Positions 1-20,550 of a DNA stretch of 64,000 nt are shown here, one piece after another. Every line of letters starts with the position of its first letter. The first letter of the stretch is position 1. Position numbers and translations under genes: made by a program. The notes beneath the pieces were generated by a model. The model was not told the DNA's origin, made no database searches, and was given only the letters and a program-made list of their open reading frames with translations. This DNA is from Klebsormidium nitens (taxonomy: Eukaryota > Plantae > Klebsormidiophyceae): assembly GCA_000708835.1 (NCBI GenBank), contig DF237319.1, forward strand, positions 27,340 through 91,339, read 5' to 3'.

Positions 1-289
1 TTGAGGGGCTTTGAGGGCTGAAACACCCGGCGGGAATTAGGGTCCAGTTGGCTCCGACACTCGCATTTACGAGCAAGCAAACCATCCGCTTGATTTGATA
101 CCTTGCAGAAAGGGTCACTTTTAGAACGAGCACTCTTTGACGGGCCTCTTGGCTTGCCATAGCGTGACCGACTTTTCCCCAGTCGTCTCCATAACCCTCC
201 CATCACTGAGCAGGAGACCAGTTCACTCGCCGATGATCGAAGATTCTGTGCTATGAGCCATGAGCCATTCCGTTTGAATCGTAGCCCCA

Positions 290-3200
290 TCAAAACCCGA
301 GGATTTCACTAGGAGAGACAGAAAGGCTACAGGAAGCAGCCGGTGCGGAGATCGTCACAAGAAAAGTTTGAGAACGAGGGGGAGCGCAATCCCACATGTG
401 CGGTGTCCAGGCGGGCAGCTTCTGTGTGAAGTCGCCCAGGATGTCGCGCACGGCCGGGGGGGTGTTGAGGCTCAGCTGAGGGGCGCCGGGCGGACCGCCG
501 CCACGCTGAAGGGGGAAGCGGACCTGGGAAAAGGAAGAGCCCGTGTTCAAAAGGGCGCCTGTGACCCGTAACGCCTTGGCGACCAGACAGCCCGTATACC
601 GCAGTTCGGGTCGCTGAATCTGGTATCACGTCGTGCCGGAATTCGGCGACACAAGGGCAGAATGTTATGCGAAGTAGCTGCCGCGGGTACAACGTGGTTA
701 GCCGCCCTCTTTAAACTGGAGGTAGGAACTTGACGGACGACATCCACAAAAGCGGACGGCGTCGTTTCCCTGGTTGATCACAGTCTCGGACGGCATCGAC
801 AACCCTGGAAAAAGAACACCCTGACCCGTCCGATCGAGCTGGCAAGCACGCTGGCGAAGCCTACTCTGATTTGCAACTTTTTGAAAGCATTTGCCTCTCG
901 TGATTTGTGGTTTGTAGTTTGTTCTTCTCCCCCTTCCCAAACCACCGAACGCGTCCAGCCGTTTCGTTGCCTTCCTTCTCCTGATTGCAAACGGTTTCTG
1001 ACATGGAAAGCAACACGGAACACATGCAGAATGTCCAAAATGTCTTCCGTCGGCAAACTTGCCGGATCAAGAAAAGGATTGGCATCACGGACTGCGCCGC
1101 TTCCATACCGCACTCGTTACAAGGTGCAATCAAAGCGTGTTCGACTTGACTTACAAATAGTTGGACACGTGGGGTGGGTTGACTGGGGAGCGACAGCGCG
1201 GCAGCTGTTAACCTTGCGTATTGCTCTGGTTACAAAGTGTGTACTACAAGTCAAAGTGTGGGTCGCCGCACTTACAAAAAGTTGGACGCGGGGCGTGGGC
1301 TGGCCGGGGGGCGAGAGCGCGGCGGCGGTTGCCGCTGCGGGGCCATCTCGGCCACGAAGGAGGGCCTCAGGTGAGAGGTCGATGCCAGGTAGGGGGATCA
1401 CCATGTGCACCTCCTCTGGCTGCAATAGAAAAGGAGGGGTACGATCAGTAGTGAAAATCACCCCCGAAGAAAGAGGGCCTCGAGAGTAAGGTCGATGTCG
1501 GGGGAGGGGGATCACCATGTGCACCTCCTCTGGCTGCATTGGAAAAGCGGGGTACGAGCAAGAGCAGGAAATATCCCCCAACAGAGGCCTCGGGAGAAAG
1601 GTCGATGCCGGGGAGGGGGATCACGATGTGCACCCACGGTGTTGTTGGGGGGGCATCACGGGCAAAGACCACCCCCCTCTAGGTGATGGGAGTCCTTGGG
1701 CGGGGGGAAAGAATATGCACAGGGCGTCTAGCTGTCGTAACGAGTGCATTGCTTCTTTGGGATGATGCCAGGAAGGGGGGAGTAAAAGATTTAAAGGAAC
1801 CGGTGGCTAAGAAGCGACGGATGGGTGGGGTTCAGAAGGGGAGATAATTTCCTAGCCAACACGAGCTTGAAGAGATGTCCACAGCAACTTTGGATCACAG
1901 ATAACACGTTTTGAAAGAATGTTTACAAGTTCTCACCCGGTCGGGGCCCTCTGCCAGGCAGACCTCGAGGCCCTGCGAATAAAACAGAATCTGCGTCAGC
2001 CTAATCAGACCAAAAATGAGCGGAAAGAGAGCATGTTGGGTAATTTTGCTTCAAAGATGAAGATACCAAGTGAAGCTGAAGAATCCGAGTGTAAGCTACT
2101 CGAAAAATTCAATGTGGGATCGAGCTCTTGTTGAGGCGAAATGAAGAGCTTTCATTATGGGCTCTCTCGTGACAAGGCCTGATATTTGCCACCCTTCTAA
2201 TCTACTCGACCTCGTTTTCAAAACACGAGCCACCGGAAAACGTCTCTACATTGGGGAGCCCTGTTAGGCATTCTGTGATGAGCATGCCTTAACCCAGCCT
2301 AAAGTCACCCAGTAGACAGGGGCGCTCACTCACCTCAAGGTGGCCTATGGTGCTGATTTCGAACTTTATTCTGTCGTCCTGTAGTGCCTCCACCTTTCGC
2401 CGCTGGTACTGAACGTACAGCCGCCTGCAGTCACGTTCGTTCCATTGTAAGCCTTGGTACCGCAGAGTTTCTGGCGCATCCTTCTATTGGGAAGTCCCCT
2501 TTGGAGCCAAAACGTTTCTTTCAGGCCGTAGATGACTGGCTTCGTTGTGAGACTTTCTTTCTCGCGCAAGTGCTTGACAAAGCTGGAGGTTCGTAGCTCT
2601 GGTTGGATGACGTACGACTAACAGTTTGCCCATCATCCTTCCTCGCATATTTGACCAATGCTCTCAGCCGTGGCCTCGGCCTGAAGAGTCTGCCAAATGA
2701 ACGCTTCCTGTTGGACAATCCCTGCCTTTTACCAAATGACGGAGGTGGGTCCTTCATCATAAACAGCGGGTCTGCAGAGCCTAGGCTGCATCAGCTGCGG
2801 ATTTTCCCTGCGACTGAAATGACGTTCTTGAGGGAAGGGGAAAAGGCACTTCCCGCAGCAAATGCGAAAGAAAGTGAAATCCTGACGCTGCCCATGGCTG
2901 CAATTCAAAGATCTGGTTCAAAACTCCACGGCCAATCATCATTGTCCTTATTCTTGCACAAGTTTTCTTTCCTGCTGGATTCCTTTTTGAAAGAAATGCG
3001 CCAGTTTCTTAAAGGATGTGAGTGCATCTCCGTCCCTCACCTCAGAGCTAGGAGCATCCCCAGAAGGTTCGCCTCTTCTGGCACGTGTGGTTTCGAAATC
3101 ATGTCCACGTAAGGAACCACTCTGGGGGGATCAGTAGAGGCGTTGTCTGAAGGGGGCGGCAGCAGGGGCTGGAAGTCGCTGTTTTGGGGGGGGAAGACGA

Positions 3201-4573
3201 CGTCCGGGGGCAGGTTTGGCTGAGCTGCATTGTAAAGCACGTGCCCTGGTGGGGAGGGTGTGCAACGATGTCAGCAACAATCATTTCAGAATCAGAATCA
3301 GGTTTCACAGCCGCGCCAGGAAGGAGAAACTAAAGTCGCCCGACTTTTGGAGATTTTTGCAAGGCGTTGATCACTGCGCTGTTTATTCTAGTCCCAGTAC
3401 GAGCGACCTGTATGTCACATCCTGATACGCGTTTGCTAGACCACCCTACGCGCTTTGACTGGGTGGATGATTGACTACTGATAAGAGAGATACTGGTCTT
3501 TCTAGGAAGGGGCAGAAGTAAAAAGCTTACATTGCACGCTCTCAAGGCCGCAGGGGATGTGCACGATGAACCGGTCTGCGTATTCTGAGTGGGGGCTGCC
3601 CCTTCGTATCTTGTCAATCTGCACAGCCATGACAGAATGCTTACACTAAGGTTTCTGTCAAATTCCTCGTAATCTAGCCCTTGTCTCACGGCTGATGCTG
3701 CCCTGCCTCAGAGATGGTGCACAGTATTGTCAAGTTGGCTCTGTCAGTGACACAATGAAGGGCTCCGTGGTTTGAAGAGATCAAACATCTGCTTTCAATG
3801 CGTTTGCGTAGCATTCGAGGGACTCTGTTGGAAGAGCACTCTTCAGGACGAGACTCATAAGCGGCCGAAAGTGACAGTGGTACAAAGTATATCAAATCAG
3901 AGCCAAAGCACTTTGAAGGCTGAATGGATCACACCAGGAGTTGCTGCTCGCACTGTACCTGCTCATAACGCTGTCTTTTATCTTGCACTGAAGCAGGTCG
4001 GATAGAAAGCAGCCACATTTTTAAGCAGCTGCGGCAGCCTCCGTAATCACAAGCGCATACGTTCAGTGGCGCAGTTTAACCAAAGTGCCCTTAAGCTGTC
4101 CCGCAGTACGCCCAAGAAGAGGTGGTAATCAGAAGCCTACCACTATCGAAGGATCAGAGCCACCCTTCTTACCTTGAAGTGCAGGTCCTGATAGCTGCGC
4201 AATGCTGCCACTTGCACCGCAATCGACGGCTCCAGGCTGTCCATTGCGCCCTGCTTCGGCGAGACACTGCCAACGAGGCCCTTTTGCCGTGTTCCCGAAT
4301 TGTCCCTGCTGCAGAAGTTAAACATAAGGCGTCCCGGCCCTTGAGGCTTGAGAGACGAGAATAAGGCGCCCTACTGCGGTACTAGCTAAAGTTGACCTCA
4401 TGCTCTTTAAATATGCTCTGAGTGCAGGCTGCCTGAACTGCATTCCCCCCGATCGCACCGTAAGAAATTACCCAGGACTCCCATCGCATGTTTCCGATGA
4501 ATATTGCGAACGACTGGGTGATATAGGCAGGGTCCGCCTTTAATAAATCTGTGACTGGGGGGTGATCGAACAC
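290..4573 (-). other. Unresolved, probably decayed or poorly conserved multi-exon locus divergent from ProRS
   Basis: Several exon-like minus-strand segments end in good GT donors (e.g. MRWESW|gtaatt near 4.47 kb, YQDLHFK|gtaaga near 4.17 kb, FEISTIGHLE|gtgagt near 2.33 kb, CCAACTATTT|gtaagt near 1.15 kb). Neighbouring segments contain stops and frame changes. No family recognised. Confidence 0.25.
1361..1636. repeat. Three imperfect tandem copies of a ~110-113 bp unit
   Basis: Shared core ggcctc..aggtcgatg..agggggatcaccatgtgcacc; copies start near 1361, 1474 and 1585. On the minus strand the core encodes VH(M/I)VIPLP, in different frames. Confidence 0.9.
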
Positions 4574-4915
4574 GCTCGAATCACCCCCTGGGAAGACACT
4601 AAGGACTAGCCTACCCTACATAAGTCATCTCTAATCAGGTAGAGGGCGGGTGGGCAAGCAAGACTCTGCAAGTTTTCTAAGTTGGCGAGTTGGAATGAGG
4701 AGTTTCCAACTCCGCCACAAGCTATTTATACTTTATTTTAGAGGGCTGCGCACACTCCTAAACATTATTCGAAAAGTCTTATCGAAGTATTCACCACTAT
4801 TATCGGACCTAAACCTATTCGATAATAGTCGACATACTTTTCTTCGGTGCGATTCAAAGGGACACCATCAGATTGAAAGAAGCTAGCCAGCACATTGTCA
4901 TTGTCAGATTTTTGA

Positions 4916-13183
<8,268 letters not shown>

Positions 13184-13611
13184 GTTCATGGGAGGCGCGC
13201 AAAGGTTAGGTACACGAAAACGGAATATAGTACACGTCGATTGCTCAATCTGCAAAAGTTTTCACTTCAAGTCGACGAGCTTGATTCCAATTGGCGAGGA
13301 GTTGGATTGTCAATGCTTACAAGGTTAGAATCAGGCTGTGCGCTATATGCATGTGATTCGTTGCTGTGTGCATGACTATGATTTCGGAGTACTGTAGTAT
13401 ACGAGGTTACGAGAACTGCCTCGTTGAACTAAGCCAAGTCATCAACAAGATCGACCGATCGTCACTAATGGAATGCAACAGACGCTCGCCTTCCTTGTAG
13501 GTAGGCATGCAATTTACCTAGCATGCGAAACGGGCTTCAGATTTGCAACACTCATCGATCACTCGGTATAATCCCGTGATGCAAGGCGGCAAAAATGATG
13601 AAGAAGGAGCT

Positions 13612-13688
13612 GCATGGTGGCATGAGATCGAGTTGGAGCCCCATGGTGGCATGAAATCGCACCAGATCGCATGGTGGCATGAGATCAC
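13612..13688. repeat. Three copies of catggtggcatgaRatc
   Basis: Direct repeats about 28-30 bp apart in the intergenic region downstream of ProRS. Confidence 0.8.
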
Positions 13689-14476
13689 CGGATCGCAGCC
13701 TGCCTACAGTCTCTGGTGCCCTCAGCTCGAAGATTGTTTTCCGTGACGTGCATTACTGGTACGGTTCGCGTCGTACAGCAGTTGTAGGTAATGGGTTTTG
13801 ATTGGTCAAACTCGGCTGAAGCGCTGAAATGCGCTGTATGAGAGGCAGATGCCCGTACAGTAATAAATAATTTGAAATCTATGATTGGATTTCTCAGATC
13901 AACGGTATCAAGGCTCAAGCACGTAGCTTGGCCGCGATCTTGTTACGCGGCACGCTCAGATCGCGATACGTGGACGGTTTGCCCAACCGTCGATGACCTG
14001 GACAGCATATGGTCGTTTCGAACTTTGGATGGCTGAGAGCTGCTGGCAGAAGATCGGACGGTCGTAAGATGGTCTTGGTGGCGCCAAAAGCGTCAGCAGC
14101 GCCGCTTTCCACCTCGGACTGGCACGGGGTGACAGGTCACACCCAAAAGCTCATCATGCAACTTGCAAGCTGCTCTTCGTTCTTGCAGGCTTGCAATTCT
14201 GAAGCTATGCATGGGCAACTGTGCAGCAAATGTAGGAGGTGGTGAAGTGAAAGAGAAGGAGAAGCAGATCAGGGAGCCAGGAAGGAGGGGAAGCTTGGAC
14301 GAGCTGCGATTTGCAGGAGTGCTTTGGAGTGGTTGCTGATTGAAGTGGTTGTTGTGATTGCTGCAGGCTGCAAAAGCAGATCAGGGAGAGCCAGCTGTGG
14401 AGCTTCTTAGGTTTGATCTTGGCGACCACTCTGGTGATCTACTGATAGTTCGATCAGCCAGAGTTGTCCTGAAAAC

Positions 14477-15639
14477 ATGGAGTGCACAGCAGCTGCAACA
14501 AGTCTCGGGGCCCCCCTTTCTTGCTTGGGAGGGGCGCAGTCAAGGAAGCTGGCTGCCCCATCACATGCATCATGGATCCTACCTGCATCTCTTAAGTCGT
14601 TCACCGGTACCCCTTTGAGCAGCTCAGCCCAGTCTCCAGCACTCCGATACAGATCAGGACAGAAGTCAGTTGTAGCAGTGATGGGAGGAGTGCCTCCCAG
14701 GCACTGCACCTTAAGAGAGTTTGGGGAAGGTGTTGACGATACTCAGCTTATGCTGAGACCAATCAGGGTCAGGGCTTCAAATGGAGGTGGAGAGGCTCCC
14801 CAGGCTACGGTCCTGGAGCTGATTGCAGCGAACGCTGAGGCGAGCGCGCAGGTGTCCAGTTTTGAGACAGTGGCGGGAAGGGCAGCGATGGTGGGTAGCA
14901 GGTCCTCTTGTTGATTGATCTGATTGCTTATGATCCTGGGAAGGATGTCTTAGCTTATGATTCCTGACAGGGGTCTGTGTGGATCTTATGATTTCCAGAA
15001 TTCACTTAAAGTTACAAGCGGAATCTGCTAGGAGGCAATCTATTGTGCAGGGCGCTTCTATCATCTACAGTCAAATATGATCCGTGTAGACCGATCTTGA
15101 TGGTTTGGTGGTTGATCTCTTCAGACGGCTTTGATGATGCCCATTGGTGTGATTCAAGTATGCTGTGTATTCTTGATCCAATCAGCTGTAATCTATGCAT
15201 AGCTGTGATTTATGCACCTCAGATGCACCTCACTAGGCTGCTTTGTTGATTAAACCAACAACCTGCCATTCTGTCACAGTCTTCTTCGGCCATCCTTTGT
15301 CTTCCATTATTTTGCTTATCCTGATCCGATGCTCCCTGTCATTTGCTTGCCTTGCAGATGGGCTTTCTGATGGCCACAGTGGATGAGTCTGTGACTGGAA
15401 CCAGCCTGTTCCAGGACATTAACGCGGACGCTCTTGTCCCCTTTTTGATGCTTCTGGCTGCGGTCTGCGCGGCAGCAGGGTCAGCGGCCTTGGCCTGGCG
15501 GGCATCGAACCATGTTGCTGGTATTCTGCAGAGGGGTTGTAGGAACATAGTGGACACTGCTGTTGACAATATCATCGAAGGGTTGTTCTTTGAGTCATCG
15601 GATGCTCAAGCTTGGGACTCCGAACAGAAGCAGGGCTAA
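14477..15639 (+). CDS. Hypothetical protein, possibly plastid-targeted, with one C-terminal hydrophobic helix
   Basis: Exon 14477-14890 (Ser/Ala-rich, transit-peptide-like; donor ATG|gtgggt) joins in phase 0 to exon 15358-15639 (acceptor cttgcag; LVPFLMLLAAVCAAAGSAALAW hydrophobic stretch). No family recognised. Confidence 0.55.
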
Positions 15640-16754
15640 TGGGGGGGTTGTCCATGACCTGAACACAAGTAGAGGCTAGTGCGAGGGGTTTTGATCATTG
15701 GCCAGAACACTACCAGGGGTACAGGCAACGAGTTGGGGACTGTAAATAATTTTTTGTACAAAATAAATCCAGGTACAAGGTGTCAAACAGCTAGAGACTG
15801 CAGATCAGCTTTCGATTGTCAAGGTTGCAGCATATGCGTGCTAGAGTGTAGAGTACTGCAGATTATGTGCATAATAATTATGGTGACAAAGCAATCATTT
15901 AGATGCAGCTTGTGACAGTAGAGCCACAAAGGAGCAGATGTTGTCTACATAACATAGTTAGTCATTCGAACACTAAATTAGAGTAGAAGGCTTGGATTTG
16001 GCTTTGAGTGCACATTGCTTACTGTTTGAAAACAGCAAACCATCAGTCTGAGCAAAGCAGCTAATCAGCTGCAAAGTCTCTTGGGTTCTGCTTTCTCTGC
16101 TCAGTACCTGGGGTCAAGGATGCGAAGTTTCTTGATTTATTTTTTGTTCATGTCTTGGGCTCTCAGTCTTGGGTATTCAATTTTACATGTGCATATCATG
16201 GAGAATTCGCCCATCAATCAATCAAGTGATTGGGCCGCATTGCTAATCATGTCTAGGTAGGCGGAGACTTGCTTGATTTGTATACAGATCGGGGTATTCA
16301 TGTATGTTGGTAGGCAAGAAATACCATGGGTTAGTTTGTATTGGTTATCCTGAACAATTTAATTTCGACTGCGTGGCAGCGTGATTGATAGTAGTACGTT
16401 TAAATATGGTTCTGGTGTAACATGCCAGCTTGCAACACCAATGGATTGCATTGAATCAATGAGTCAGAAACATCAACCCGTTCAGGTGCTTCGAGTGGAT
16501 AGACAAGAGTCGATTTAAAGTATGTAAGATAGTTATGTATGCGGCACCCGTTACTTAGTATGATAATGTGGAATCAGTAAGCGCATCATTATGAGACTTG
16601 AATTTCTCAATGTTGAACGGAGAGCACATGCAGACCACAGTATCTATGTACATTTCTGATCCTCCTACAAGGTACACTTCTCAACTAGACGTTTCTTAGG
16701 AATCGTACCTTGGAAGCAATAACAAAACACAACTATCGCTAGCAGCCATCGGAC

Positions 16755-18409
16755 TCAAAAGCTTACAGCCATGGGCGCGATTGAGATGCCAGGGGCGTTT
16801 GACGACCGTAACCTAGGCCCGTTGTCGGGCTTGCCCATGCCTGATGCTAGGTCGGCGTCAAGTTGCGTGTGTGGAGCTTCTTTTGCCAGAAGCTTTACCC
16901 TGAATGACAGCAAGTGCACAAAAACGTCAACCAGGAAGATCAACTAGAAAGAATCGGGCCATAAGATGGTTCACTGTTTGAAAACCACAGCTCTAGAGGA
17001 CTGGTTCGCGTGTTCGAGAGTTCGAGTGCCATACTCAACAAGGCTTCCAAAAGCATTATGGTGGTCAATCTCAAAGTGAACTGTGCCCGGCAGAACATAA
17101 ACGTACCTCCTTTTATGTGGCCGTGTTTCGTTGTGTTTCTCCCTTACATCAGCCGAAGAAAAGTGTCGACTGCAAGGACAAGAAAATTAAATCAGCCGAT
17201 GAAAAGCGTCGACTGCAAGGACAACAGAACGGGTGACGAAAAGGCTTCTTCTTCTCGGAACACAAGGATGGAAATCATGAGTTCAGTTTAAGAAGCTCGA
17301 AACCCTTCGTGTTGCAGGTTTGAAACATAGTCAATTACATACTAAATGCGCAGCAGTGTTGAAGAAAAGGGCTTGCAAAATGCATTGTGATTTGAGAGAT
17401 CAGTTGCTCCCCGTCTTCCTGACCCCCTTCTTTCAAATCTCTCAACGCAAGCAAGGCAAGTCTAAGCCCAAAGAGCCCCGAAGACCGTTGCAATCTAAAC
17501 CTGATGCCCTTCCAGATCACCCTGTGGACTACACTTCACAATCCGTCATGCCCCTGCCAAGCTCGCTCACCCAAGCATTCGAAACTCATATTCTGAGTCC
17601 ACAAATATTAGCACCCCATGCCCTACAATACCTGCAATCGGGCCCAAGCATTCTCAAAGATAGACAGCAAAAGCAAACCAACGATGAAAGTCAGTCACAG
17701 TGGGCAGAGTACCGCGCAAAGATGAACCCAGTGATAGTCTCACTCGCAAAGGAGGCAATAGTAAGCAAAATCAGCGATGAAACTTACTCGCAAGACAGCA
17801 ACAGCGGGCATGGAATGAGGAAACCAGAAATGGCACTTACTCGCAGTGGACGCAGTAGTGCTGCCCCATACCCGGCAGGTCCTCGTCCTTGTCATGGGCA
17901 ACCTTGGCGCCCGTGTCGGTCGCAGCTTTTAGGGCGTCATAGATCATATCGTCACGTGCAGTGGCGTCAAGGTGGGAAGCAGGGGAAAATAAAAGAGCGC
18001 ACAAAAGCCAGCATTTGATGCAGGCCAAACGGAACATGAATGATGCCTTTGACAATGAAAGTCTGCTTCACTTTTGATCCACATGCCAGAATGGAATCTA
18101 TTTGTCCTCCCCCAGAAGACCACCTTTCAAAGTGGTTCTAGCATCACGCTAACAGACATAGATGATTACGAACCCATTGGTAGCCTCTCAAAGTCGAAGT
18201 GATCAGCTTACAAAAGCTACCAAGAGCGGCTTTCATGTCGCACAAGAAAGCATTGTGACATCCAAGAACCAAATGGCAGGTAACAAGTAATCACAAGAGA
18301 GACAGCTTTGAAGGATATCTTTCCGCAGAAACTTCCCCCGGCTTGCTTGCTTGTGCAGTAACCCTTTCCCCCTCTTCCCTTTGTTTTTGTTGTTGGGACA
18401 ACGCCCCAT
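16755..18409 (-). CDS. ZNF593: ZNF593/BUD20-like C2H2 zinc-finger ribosome biogenesis factor
   Basis: Exons 18409-18319, 17955-17841, 17169-17107, 16899-16755 give MGRCPNNK...KFLRKGDDMIY...DEDLPGMGQHYCVHCDRHFSSADVREKHNETRPHKRRVK...APHTQLDADLASGMGKPDNGP. This matches the plant family signature (MGRCP, DEDLPGMGQ, C-x2-C-x12-H-x5-H). Confidence 0.95.
17956..18318 (-). other. U12-type (minor spliceosome) AT-AC intron
   Basis: 5' end ATATCCTT (18318-18311), branch site CCTTGAC (17972-17966), terminal AC (17957-17956). Removal restores K-G-D-D in frame. Confidence 0.92.
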
Positions 18410-18609
18410 ATTGACACTGCTGGCTTGCAACGCTCTGCCCTTTAGATTTTGGGATCAAGAAGGCTGGCAATAAACTCTGTTTCAAATTTGCGCGCCAAAT
18501 GACGGGCGTTTTATGGCGGTGCAAGCGAAGCTATATAGGAGTTGATGAGGGTCCGTGCAACTTCTCAAAACTGGTGGTGGTACTTTTGATGGCTTCTCTT
18601 GCTGCCTTT

Positions 18610-20550
18610 CTACCAGTGGGCAACAGTGTAGAACGGTTTCACCCTGAAGGCTATGTCCAGACTAAGCAGTACGGAGTCAGACTGCTGGTCAACTCTCCAT
18701 GGTAATGGTCTTTGACAGCGGTAAAGGTACTTGAAAGCCCTACCGTGGCCTACGTATGCAGGGGGATCCCGCTGGAGCGCGCTTTGCATGAAGTTTAGAG
18801 TGTGCGTGTGTTCTGCACCCGTTCTGCATCCAGGAGGTAGATATACGGCCATGAAAGAGCGCCTGATACAGTGGTAGAGAATATCCATGAGCTCATCGAT
18901 TCGCTTGCATCTGCGAGGAAAAACTAGCAAGTAGGCCTCAAGATTGTCAAGCTGCCGCTCAGGTCCAACAGGATGGACGGTGCACAGGAGCCAACTCGCA
19001 TGTCCGAAGCTGGCAGAGTTTAAGGTAGCGTGAGACAAACAGCGCGCAGGCGCCATTAGCTGATTGAGTAATTCATCCGCGCTGGTGCAAAGTATGACCC
19101 TTTTGTTTCTGCTTGATGGAGTTAGTGGCGGTGGCCAGTGCATCAATGGATCTGAAAGTTACTTAGATGTGTATGAAGGAAGGAGAAGTTGACCAAGAAG
19201 AATGCAAACAAGCGCAGCAACTCTGTGAGACCTAGAAGCACTGAGCTGCAAGAGGGGGAAGGGATTCAGAACGGCATAACATGGCGATATATGCCGCGGC
19301 AGCTGTTACAGTGTCGACTTGCCAGCGGGCACCCAGAATTTGCAGAAGCAGACTTCACTCTCTGCACAGCTCGTAAGCCACCCTGCTTTCTAAATGTGGT
19401 CCTTTGATAGGAAAGGCCCCATTATGACAATAAGTCCTTGCATGAGATTGAGCCCCAAGACTTGGACAGTTTTGCCAAGACTGATCCTCCTTGTCAGATG
19501 CTTCTCTTGCGCGGTTTATAACAGTCAGAGGTGCATTACCCTTAAACGGACCAGTATCCCCCTGGTGCAGCTCCTCTTGCTCCTGGTCAAAAGCGCACCG
19601 CGCGCCGCGCAAGCATACACGTCCAGTGACTCGAGACCGAGAGAGGGTCCAACAGCAGGCGGTCATTGTCATGCCGCCTGTGGCGCTTATAGTCCCTCTT
19701 TGGCCACTTGAGTGTTCTCCAGGTTGGTTAATCTTACAAAAAAGCCAATGCAATTTCGCGCAACATCAAGGACTTTCTAAAATCAGAGAAGGAAAGGTTG
19801 CGGGTTGCCGCTTGAATGTTTGCAACCAAACTTGAGCGGGGTCTCCCAGGTTTCTCCTGCCCCTTCCGGTCAACCTGCCAAGAAATTGCTTATTTTCGCG
19901 AAGGCTGCACTGTCGGGTCTTGGTCCGTAGCGGGGCCGACTGCGCGCCACATGTGTGCCCTGTGGTACCTTCGACCTGTCCTGAATGCACCCCTGGTCCG
20001 CATTTGCAAACGGCTCCGAATGACGGAAGCCCCGCCGTCGCGCTTAGACCTGATAGATCAGGAGATGCTTTGGCCAGACAAACCCGGAAGGTTTTCCTCC
20101 ACCGACAGACAAAGCTATGTCGAATGTGCAACCAGGGCTTTTAACAATAAAGGCGCCATGTTCCTACAATAAAGGCGCCATGTTCCTATATGGCCCATGA
20201 AACAAGACCCTTGAAACAAGACTCCGTTGAAGGGGTGGACCTTGTCAAATGCCACGCGCAGGAGCAGGACAAGACTGCAAAGCGGTAGAACAAAGGTAAG
20301 GATTCAGGGCTGCACTGAGTCTGGCTGCTGGGTCTGGTGCGTAACTGAGTAATTGTGTTGTGTTGAGAAGAGTCCCGCCAAATGCCTGGACGCGGTTGCT
20401 GGGCTGACGGCTTTCAGGGCCTGGAGGATTGTGTTCACATGATAGCAAAGGAAGGAGTGGTCAAGGGATAATAACGACGGGGAAGGTAGGCGGGGGATCG
20501 AGGGAGACGGTGATTTACGGGCTGAGGCAACAAGGCTGCCGGGCAAGAAG
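18610..20550 (-). pseudogene. Possible decayed coding sequence of unknown family
   Basis: A 178-codon open frame (18610-19146) with protein-like composition, plus upstream frames broken by stops. No recognisable motif. Confidence 0.2.

Noticed and set aside
17320-18018. 232-aa plus-strand ORF antisense to ZNF593
   Set aside because: It overlaps intron 2, exon 2 and the U12 intron of a well-supported gene on the opposite strand, has no recognisable motif or splice context, and the C/A-rich strand explains the lack of stops.
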